Shown here in pieces: positions 1 to 10,075 of a stretch of DNA of 64,000 nt (within the stretch, counting starts at the first letter, position 1; the number at the start of each line of letters is the position of its first letter). A model generated the notes under the pieces. The model ran no database searches and had not been told where the DNA came from. It saw only the letters and a list, made by a program, of their open reading frames with translations. Source of the DNA: Macrostomum lignano (taxonomy: Eukaryota); NCBI GenBank assembly GCA_002269645.1, contig NIVC01000645.1, positions 1-64,000 on the forward strand, read 5' to 3'. A program made the translations under genes and the position numbers.

Positions 1-2125
1 CGATGTGATGTAATCTGATGTGACTGGCTTTGAATCTAATGAGACTGACTATCAATCTAATGAGACTGGCTATCAATCTAATGAGACTGGCTATCAATCT
101 AATGAGACTGGCTATCAATCTAATGAGACTGAGACTGGCTATCCTAATGCTGGCTATCATCTAATGAGACTGGCTATCAATCTAATGAGACTGGCTATCA
201 ATCTAATGAGACTGGCTATCAATCTAATGAGACTGGCTATCAATCTAATGAGACTGGCTATCAAAATCTAATGAGACTGGCTATCAATCTAATGAGACTG
301 GCTATCAATCTAATGAGACTGGCTATCAATCTAATGAGACTGGCTATCAATCTAATGAGACTGGCTATCAATCTAATGAGACTGGCTATCAATCTAATGA
401 GACTGGCTATCAATCTAATGAGACTGGCTATCAATCTAATGAGACTGGCTATCAATCTAATGAGACTGGCTATCAATCTAATGAGACTGGCTATCAATCT
501 AATGAGACTGGCTATCAATCTAATGAGACTGGTATCAATCTAATGAGACTGGCTATCAATCTAATGAGACTGGCTATCAATCTAATGAGACTGGCTATCA
601 ATCTAATGAGACTGGCTATCAATCTAATGAGACTGGCTATCAATCTAATGAGACTGGCTATCAATCTAATGAGACTGGCTATCAATCTAATGAGACTGCT
701 ATCAATCTAATGAGACTGGCTATCAATCTAATGAGACTGGCTATCAAACTAATGTAATGAGACTGGCTATCAATCTATCTAATGAACTGGCTATCAATCT
801 AATGAGACTGGCTATCAATCTAATGAGACTGGCTATCAATCTAATGAGACTGGCTATCAATCTAATGAGACTGGCTATCAATCTAATGAGACTGGCTATC
901 AATCTAATGAGACTGGCTATCAATCTAATGAGACTGGCTATCAATCTAATGAGACTGGCTATCAATCTAATGAGACTGGCTATCAATCTAATGAGACTGG
1001 CTATCAATCTAATGAGACTGGCTATCAATCTAATGAGACTGGCTATCAATCTAATGAGACTGGCTATCAAACTAATGTAATGAGACTGGCTATCAATCTT
1101 ATCTAATGAAACTGGCTATCAAACTAATGTAATGAGACTGGCTATCAATCTTATCTAATGAAACTGGCTATCAAACTAATGTAATGAGACTGGCTATCAA
1201 TCTTATCTCATGAGACTGGCTATCAATCTAATGAGACTGGCTATCAATCTAATGAGACTGGCTATCAATCTAATGAGACTGGCTATCAATCTAATGAGAC
1301 TGGCTATCAATCTAATGAGACTGGCTATGAATCTAATGAGACTGGCTATCAATCTAATGAGACTGGCTATCAATCTAATGAGACTGGCTATCAATCTAAT
1401 GAGACTGACTATCAATCTAATGAGACTGGCTATCAATCTAATGAGACTGGCTATCAATCTAATGAGACTGACTATCAATCTAATGAGACTGGCTATCAAT
1501 CTAATGAGACTGGCTATCAATCTAATGAGACTAGCTATCAATCCTATCTAATGAGACTGGCTATCAATCTTATCTAATGAGACTGGCTATCAATCTTATC
1601 TAATAAGACTGGCTATCAATCTTATCTAATGAGACTGGCTATCAATCTAATGAGACTGGCTATCAATCTAATGAGACTGGCTATCAATCTTATCTAATGA
1701 GACTGGCTATCAATCTTATCTAATGAGACTGGCTATCAATCTTATGTAATGAGACTGGCTATCAATCTAATGAGACTGGCTATCAATCTAATGAGACTGG
1801 CTATCAATCTAATGAGACTGAGACTGGCTATCAATCTAATGAGACTGGCTATCAATCTAATGAGACTGGCTATCAATCTAATGAGACTGGCTATCAATCT
1901 AATGAGACTGGCTATCAATCTAATGAGACTGGCTATCAATCTAATGAGACTGGCTATCAATCTAATGAGACTGGCTATCAATCTAATGAGACTGGCTATC
2001 AATCTAATGAGACTGGCTATCAATCTAATGAGACTGGCTATCAATCTAATGAGACTGGCTATCAATCTAATGAGAATGACTATCAATCTAATGAGAATGG
2101 CTATCAATCTAATGAGACTGGCTAT
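1..2125. repeat. 21-bp minisatellite (CTAATGAGACTGGCTATCAAT)n with 26-bp variants; same family as the SDHA intron-2 array
   Basis: Direct tandem repeat visible; runs off the left end of the window; ends in the same unique junction (GGCTATTCGAATAAT) as the array at 11020-11950. Confidence 0.97.
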
Positions 2126-2230
2126 TCGAATAATTATCGAGCGCAACTCGTCTGGCCCTGCCAGTTGGTGGGCACGCATGTCGTAGTGCACAGTGGGCAG
2201 CACAGGGATTGGCTCCAGGGTCAGGTCCAC
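2126..2230 (-). pseudogene. Duplicated dead fragment of SDHA exon-2 3' end plus intron-2 junction
   Basis: Aligns by eye to about 11946-12060 ([16 protein letters not shown].. versus [16 protein letters not shown]); carries a 5-bp deletion and the donor CAG|GCGAGT is mutated to CAG|ACGAGT. Confidence 0.9.
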
Positions 2231-2238
2231 TATACTGC

Positions 2239-2245
2239 TATAAAT
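2239..2245 (+). promoter_or_regulatory. Candidate TATA box (TATAAAT) of the repeat-exon gene
   Basis: TATAAAT about 150 bp upstream of ATG 2391; motif and position only. Confidence 0.4.
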
Positions 2246-2390
2246 ATACTGCCGCCCCAGTCCGCGAGCTTCTCCGATTTCCAGACACACGCTTGTCAAG
2301 CTTGCTGTGGAGAATATTGTGCAAGTTCGCACTTTGTCGCTGAACAATCAACAACCGCAGGCTATTCTTTTTATTTGGTCAAGCAAGAGA

Positions 2391-5300
2391 ATGCCGCTGA
2401 AGGGCAGAGCAGCTGCAGTGAGCAGCTTGTTGCTGCTCGTTTTGCTTCTGGTTGGCACTCGCTGCCAAGCCAGACCAGTTCCAGGATCAGGTGAGTATAA
2501 GCAGGCTTGGCTTGACTGACTACTCTATGTAGCAAACAGAGTAACTAATATTGTGCTTGCATAGCAACACTTGATTACCGTACACTCGAAGGACCTCCTT
2601 TGAAACCCGCAACATTACAGAGTCTGATGATGACCACGAGGAACTTTTTCCAGAAGAGGAAGAAGAGGAAGAAGAAGAAGAGCCTTCTACAGGTGAAGAA
2701 GGTGACGAGAGGCATGGAGGAGGAAGTGTCGTTACAGCAAGAAGTGAGTAACGGGTTTTCCACTGCTTAGCTCGTACTATTAAAGATGAAACTGGGTACT
2801 CTGTCCTAATAACAGCGGAATAATTGAAACGCTTCAGTTCTGCAACAGCTCAAAACCAGCCGAGATGAAACCTCAAAAGACTTCCTAAAAGGTAAATGCA
2901 ACAAATATGTCACAAAAAACAACCATTCAACACGCTCGAAGCGCCATTTATAGGCTGAAAGAAAAGCGCAAAACTACATTCAAAACGCAAAGGTTATGTA
3001 AGGCCACTAATCTAATGGGACATGGCGACATTTCTGACACACTTTAGCATGAAATTGATCAAGAAGTTTGACTGTTTCAGAGAAGAACAAGAAGAGGATG
3101 ATTGTAGGCGGCTCCGAGAGCTCCCTGCCGCCTCAGTTTAGAAGTGAGTATCAGCGCCATGACTCACAATGGCGACATTTCTGACACACTTTAGCATGAA
3201 ATTGATCAAGAAGTTTGACTGTTTCAGAGAAGAACAAGAAGAGGATGATTGTAGGCGGCTCCGAGAGCTCCCTGCCGCCTCAGTTCAGAAGTGAGTATCA
3301 GCGCCATGACTCACAATGGCGACATTTCTGACACACTTTAGCATGAAATTGATCAAGAAGTTTGACTGTTTCAGAGAAGAACAAGAAAAGGATGATTGTA
3401 GGCGGCTCCGAGAGCTCCCTGCCGCCTCAGTTTAGAAGTGAGTATCAGCGCCACGACTCACAATGGCGACATTTCTGACACACTTTAGCATGCAATTGTT
3501 CAAGAAGTTTGACTGTTTCAGAGAAGAACAAGAAGAGGATGATTGTAGGCGGCTCCGAGAGCTCCCTGCCGCCTCAGTTCAGAAGTGAGTATCAGCGCCA
3601 TGACTCACAATGGCGACATTTCTGACACACTTTAGCATGAAATTGATCAAGAAGTTTGACTGTTTCAGAGAAGAACAAGAAAAGGATGATTGTAGGCGGC
3701 TCCGAGAGCTCCCTGCCGCCTCAGTTTAGAAGTGAGTATCAGCGCCACGACTCACAATGGCGACATTTCTGACACACTTTAGCATGCAATTGATCAAGAA
3801 GTTTGACTGTTTCAGAGAAGAACAAGAAGAGGATGATTGTAGGCGACTCCGAGAGCTCCCTGCCGCCTCAGTTCAGAAGTGAGTATCAGCGCCCATGACT
3901 CACAATGGCGACATTTCTGACACACTTTAGCATGCAATTGATCAAGAAGTTTGACTGTTTCAGAGAAGAACAAGAAGAGGATGATTGTAGGCGGCTCCGA
4001 GAGCTCCCTGCCGCCTCAGTTTAGAAGTGAGTATCAGCGCCATGACTCACAATGGCGACATTTCTGACACACTTTAGCATGAAATTGATCAAGAAGTTTG
4101 ACTGTTTCAGAGAAGAACAAGAAGAGGATGATTGTAGGCGGCTCCGAGAGCTCCCTACCGCCTCAGTTCAGAAGTGAGTATCAGCGCCATGACTCACAAT
4201 GGCGACATTTCTGACACACTTTAGCATGAAATTGATCAAGAAGTTTGACTGTTTCAGAGAAGAACAAGAAGAGGATGATTGTAGGCGGCTCCGAGAGCTC
4301 CCTACCGCCTCAGTTCAGAAGTGAGTATCAGCGCCATGACTCACAATGGCGACATTTCTGACACACTTTAGCATGAAATTGATCAAGAAGTTTGACTGTT
4401 TCAGAGAAGAATAAGAAAGGATGATTGTAGGCGGCTCCGAGAGCTCCCTGCCGCCTCAGTTTAGAAGTGAGTATCAGCGCCATGACTCACAATGGCGACA
4501 TTTCTGACACACTTTAGCATGCAATTGTTCAAGAAGTTTGACTGTTTCAGAGAAGAACAAGAAGAGGATGATTGTAGGCGACTCCGAGAGCTCCCTGCCG
4601 CCTCAGTTCAGAAGTGAGTATCAGCGCCATGACTCACAATGGCGACATTTCTGACACACTTTAGCATGCAATTGATCAAGAAGTTTGACTGTTTCAGAGA
4701 AGAACAAGAAGAGGATGATTGTAGGCGGCTCCGAGAGCTCCCTGCCGCCTCAGTTTAGAAGTGAGTATCAGCGCCATGACTCACAATGGCGACATTTCTG
4801 ACACACTTTAGCATGAAATTGATCAAGAAGTTTGACTGTTTCAGAGAAGAACAAGAAGAGGATGATTGTAGGCGGCTCCGAGAGCTCCCTACCGCCTCAG
4901 TTCAGAAGTGAGTATCAGCGCCATGACTCACAATGGCGACATTTCTGACACACTTTAGCATGAAATTGATCAACAAGTTTGACTGTTTCAGAGAAGAACA
5001 AGAAGAGGATGATTGTAGGCGGCTCCGAGAGCTCCCTACCGCCTCAGTTCAGAAGTGAGTATCAGCGCCATGACTCACAATGGCGACATTTCTGACACAC
5101 TTTAGCATGAAATTGATCAAGAATTTTGACTGTTTCAGAGAAGAACAAGAAGAGGATGATTGTAGGCGGCTCCGAGAGCTCCCTACCGCCTCAGTTTAGA
5201 AGTGAGTATCAGCGCCCATGACTCACAATGGCGACATTTCTGACACACTTTAGCATGAAATTGATCAAGAAGTTTGACTGTTTCAGAGAAGAACAAGAAA

Positions 5301-6642
5301 AGGATGATTGTAGGCGGCTCCGAGAGCTCCCTGCCGCCTCAGTTTAGAAGTGAGTATCAGCGCCATGACTCACAATGGCGACATTTCTGACACACTTTAG
5401 CATGAAATTGATCAACAAGTTTGACTGTTTCAGAGAAGAACAAGAAGAGGATGATTGTAGGCGGCTCCGAGAGCTCCCTGCCGCCTCAGTTCAGAAGTGA
5501 GTATCAGCGCCACGACTCACAATGGCGACATTTCTGACACACTTTAGCATGAAATTGATCAAGAAGTTTGACTGTTTCAGAGAAGAACAAGAAAGGATGA
5601 TTGTAGGCGGCTCCGAGAGCTCCCTACCGCCTCAGTTTAGAAGTGAGTATCAGCGCCATGACTCACAATGGCGACATTTCTGACACACTTTAGCATGAAA
5701 TTGATTAAGAAGTTTGACTGTTTCAGAGAAGAACAAGAAGAGGATGATTGTAGGCGGCTCCGAGAGCTCCCTGCCGCCTCAGTTTAGAAGTGAGTATCAG
5801 CGCCACGACTCACAATGGCGACATTTCTGACACACTTTAGCATGAAATTTATCAAGAAGTTTGACTGTTTCAGAGAAGAACAAGAAGAGGATGATTGTAG
5901 GCGGCTCCGAGAGCTCCCTGCCGCCTCAGTTCAGAAGTAAGTATCAGCGCCATGACTCACAATGGCGACATTTCTGACACACTTTAGCATGAAATTGATC
6001 AAGAAGTTTGACTGTTTCAGAGAAGAACAAGAAGAGGATGATTGTAGGCGGCTCCGAGAGCTCCCTAACGCCTCAGTTTAGAAGTGAGTATCAGCGCCAT
6101 GACTCACAATGGCGACATTTCTGACACACTTTAGCATGAAATTGATCAACAAGTTTGACTGTTTCAGAGAAGAACAAGAAGAGGATGATTGTAGGCGGCT
6201 CCGAGAGCTCCCTGCCGCCTCAGTTTAGAAGTGAGTATCAGCGCCATGACTCACAATGGCGACATTCTGACACACTTTAGCATGCAATTGTTCAAGAAGT
6301 TTGACTGTTTCAGAGAAGAACAAGAAGAGGATGATTGTAGGCGGCTCCGAGAGCTCCCTACCGCCTCAGTTCAGGAGTGAGTATCAGCGCCATGACTCAC
6401 AATGGCGACATTTCTGACACACTTTAGCATGCAATTGTTCAAGAAGTTTGACTGTTTCAGAGAAGAACAAGAAGAGGATGATTGTAGGCGGCTCCGAGAG
6501 AAACGAATCAAATAAGAAGAAAAAAGTTCAAGTACACAAGGCCGGCGGAAATGGTGAGAAAAAGTCCGGCGGGAGAGGTGCCAAAAAGCAGCATCTGAAG
6601 GGACCTAGCAAAGGAAAGCCGCAGGGCAAGCATCAGCCTTAA
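2391..6642 (+). CDS. Putative secreted repetitive precursor protein with about 27 exons: signal-peptide exon 2391-2490, exon 2 (2565 or 2621)-2743, exon 3 (2838 or 2849)-2891, 23 tandem 63-nt exons starting 3081..6314, terminal exon 6461-6642
   Basis: Exon 1 reads MPLKGRAAAVSSLLLLVLLLVGTRCQARPVPGS (hydrophobic signal-like) followed by GTGAGT. Every 147-bp unit has TGTTTCAG|63 nt|GT(G/A)AGT. Only phase 1 is open in all variants and it is continuous with the Lys/Gly-rich terminal exon ending TAA at 6642. Confidence 0.75.
3020..6500 (+). repeat. 147-bp tandem repeat, about 24 copies, each one exon (63 nt) plus one intron (84 nt)
   Basis: Exon starts read at 3081, 3228, 3375, 3522, 3669, 3816, 3964, 4111, 4258, 4405, 4551, 4698, 4845, 4992, 5139, 5287, 5434, 5581, 5727, 5874, 6021, 6168, 6314 and 6461. 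Confidence 0.97.
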
Positions 6643-7956
6643 GGTAGGTAGGCCCTATGGAATTACATTTATGTGTGAGTGTTAAAAACATTTTGAATCT
6701 GATTTTAAAGCGAAACTACTAACTGATGAAGGGCCCGGAGAGACAGGTCATAACAAGGGACTTGTTTATTTATTAGCATTTTAGAAATACTTCGTGCATG
6801 CTGACCCTTTCTACTCTTTTCTTTCAGGTGCCGACGGTTAAAGTCAGAATTTAATTCTGCGAGGCTGATGATGCGAAACATGACCAGACAAACTATGACA
6901 ATTATTTTTCCTTGATTCGGTAAAAGTGAACAAACGTTTCTTTTTTCTCCCCGATAATTCGCACCCAGTCGCTTTTTGGAAGCGCAGCCTTCAACGTAAC
7001 TATTATGCGATGGAGGAAGGAAATAAATTAAGCCAGAACTCAATAACGAACCCTTTCGATTCTTAAAGTGTGGCAGTGGTTATTCAAGCAAATTTCCAAA
7101 AAATGATTAATTGTTTGTGCTTTTTTATTTCAGGAAACGAAACTAATCGGATTTCATAATTGACAATTTCCAACTCTTGACAAAGCTTTACGCCAAGAGT
7201 ACATGTATTTTTGAAGGGCTTTTCATGTACATCAGCACTCTGTGTATGTTCTGTTTCAGATTTAGCGATTACCGCATTAATGAGATGAAAGATTTCAATG
7301 CATTTTTGTTAGTTTGGCTAGCCTTTAACCTGCCTAGCTGTCTGAGGAACCTGTCACAAGCGTACCAATCGAGGCTATGCGTGTGCTGTTTGTTGTTGTT
7401 AAACGGGGTGCTAGCGGGGATCAGCCCAAGTGACGTTGGCTCCACCGCTTGAACAGGCAACGTCAAGATTGAATCCCTTCAGTGGGGATCGGAGCCGTTG
7501 AAAGATTTGGAAACTCCTGCAGGATTTGTTGTCCTCACTGCAAAGGCTCATAATTACGAATATTTTCACGGCTTGGCTCTGCTAATCCAAGCTCTGCAGT
7601 GGACCCGCAATCTCGGCCAGACACAAGTGAAATTTAACTATCCATCAGGCAGGGTCGAACGTGAGCGGACGACACAAAGAGCGAGATCAATGGCGCCATC
7701 CGCGGGCACTTGGTCCAGCTCCAGCAAACAGGTGCATGAGAGCCTAGCCTACACATATGCTTTACGGCAATATATCACATGTATTTACATGTATATTATT
7801 ACATGTAAGGGCAACTATGAGGATATAGTTAACCCACAGACTGCAGCCTGAATTGCCGCACTCATCTCGCAAAAGTACACGGGGTGTCTGGAGTTCTGAC
7901 ACTTAAACCCAGAGCAAAAAGGGGGCTTTGGTGTCATTTTGAAGCGGCGCATTCTT

Positions 7957-8317
7957 TATTATTATTAGAGGCAGGGGGTTGTGTGCACCCTGGCGCACTT
8001 TAAGCGACATAGGCACACAACCGGCGAGAGGCATTACTGCCCATTCCGCCGACTCCCCTGAGCAGGCATACAAGCGCGCGGATACGTACGCAGGCAGACA
8101 CTCACACAGGAGTGTACAGCGGCCCTAACTTTATTTTATCGTTAGGTATGTACACTTCACTGCGCCTTGGGGGGTTGGCTCTCAAGGCCGTTAATTGCAC
8201 GAGCAGAGCCAAGCCGAGATTCTAATTCAGACCCAAATTAATGCGACTGCACTTGGAATCGAGCCTGGGTCGCTGGCACACCAGAGCCTGCGCTAGACCG
8301 CTGGGCTACGGCCCCCC
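7957..8317 (-). mobile_element. tRNA-derived SINE family A, full copy with 13-bp TSD
   Basis: Minus-strand 5' end GGGGGGCCGTAGCCCAGCGG (A box) ... GGCTCGATTCC (B-box-like); (TAA)n tail; TSD GCGGCGCATTCTT at 7944-7956 and 8318-8330; second copy at 38905. Confidence 0.85.
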
Positions 8318-8449
8318 GCGGCGCATTCTTCCTAGTATATTAAATCTCGCATATTTTGATCATTTCATTCAAAATTTGCTTTATAAAGCATCGCAATGTC
8401 ACTGATAGTCTAGCGAAATTGACAACCTACATAGAAAGTGATGGTTTGC

Positions 8450-9400
8450 CTCTCATGGATAAACCTTCTTAACATAGTCGTCACATGTAGCAACTCGCTT
8501 CTTCCACCGCTTGAGCATGGATGGCGTCAGTCGCATCAAAATAGCTTTGGCTCGAAAGACCTTGGGAAAGAATTCACCGGACCTTGTCTTAAAACGGCTC
8601 TTCAGCTGCAGAAAAATAAAGAAATCGGCAGGCTCCAGATCCGTTGAGTGTAGATTTTGAAAATTGCCTCAAAGTGGTGGTTTAAAAATCATCTACGGGT
8701 TTGCTTTTTGGTTTGATAGCGGCCTACGTTGGTTCACAGACAGTTTCGATCTAGTGCAGTAAATCATGCCGTTTACCTGATGGGCAAGTTCACGTTTATC
8801 TTGTAGTCGTATTACATCAAGGTGCAAAATGCGCTGCACAATGACGCATCCATCGGAAACGACACAAGAAACATTGGAAATGAAGTTTGTAAGTTGTTTT
8901 TTTTAAGCAAACCCCTCACTGTTTTTGAGCACAATTCTTCGCAAAGCAACCGTTTAAGCTGTAATTTCCGGCTCAGCTGGACCAAGAGTGGCAATTCTAT
9001 TCTCCCATAACTCCTTTTTCCCAGCCTTCTCCGACTGTAGCTTAGCCAGGGATAGCATTCAATTGCCAGCCAGCAGACCATGCAAAACAATGAAACCTTC
9101 GAGGTCATTCTGTCTGGCAAGCTGCGAGCTACCTTGAGCGACTCTTCGAGGTCGTTCTGTCTGGAAAGTAATAACATGCGAGGACATACTGGAGTTTGAA
9201 AAAATTAATATCTTAACTTTCAGCGTCTACTAAAGGAGCTTAGAATAAGTAAACAAGAGCGTTTGTCTTCTTTCTGCCCCTGCCTCTCGGTCTGCCAGTC
9301 TGTCTTCTGTATGCTTCGCATTGGAAGGCTCAAGTCATAAAGTGAGGGAGGTCCAATGTCTTGAAGAATACAAAATCGATGCTTTGAGACAAGAGACGGT
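8450..9400 (-). mobile_element. Degenerate mariner (Tc1/mariner) transposase relic, central and C-terminal part
   Basis: Minus-strand translation gives LHSTDLEPADFFIFLQLK (cf. mariner YSPDLAPxDFxLF) and MLKRWKKRVATCDDYVKK (cf. RWxKCVxxxGDYFEK); many stops and frameshifts; no TIR seen. Confidence 0.55.
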
Positions 9401-10075
9401 GCGCGCACCAGTGGGCTGCACTGCAAGTCTGCAACAAATTGGCTCCTAGAAGCAACACACTATAGCTACGCCCCCCGCATATTTTTATTGCTTCTTCCGT
9501 TTTTCATTCACTCCTGTGAATTCCGAAACTGCAAAATAAAGAGCTGAAGGCAGTCAATTTTTTAGATCTAAACAAATATACGAGTAACGTAAAGTCTCAA
9601 CAACAACAGTGCCGTTCGGTTTTGATGAAGCTAAAACAATAAAGTCTATTTTTTATTTAAATTCGTCAACGTATTTTGTTTTACTAATATGTTTCTATCT
9701 GAAAGGAGCATATCGCACACTGTAACACAAAGTTTCATAGAATATTCCAAATTCCAAGGACAAAGTTGCTGACAGTTTAAGTGCTACTTCTAAGCATTTA
9801 GTGAGTAAAAATGAAAACTGTGTTCAAAACTCACGCTAACTAATAAACTAATAAATAAACAAAGTTTCATTTTCTAAACGAATATTGTCCAGACCTACAT
9901 ATATATAAGCTATGCTTCACTCTAACAGTAGCAAACTAAACTGAACAGGGGTTAGTAGGAACAACGGGACTCGCACACGCGCACAAATGTGCAATGAAAG
10001 TGCAACTTACAGTACGCGGCTATCAGTTCGCTAGTGAACTTTATCGAACAATCAGTTAATCAAACTCGATGGGGT

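Noticed and set aside
20-2186. MRLAINL / MIASLIRL repeat ORFs
   Set aside because: Translations of the 21-bp satellite, which is intronic in SDHA.
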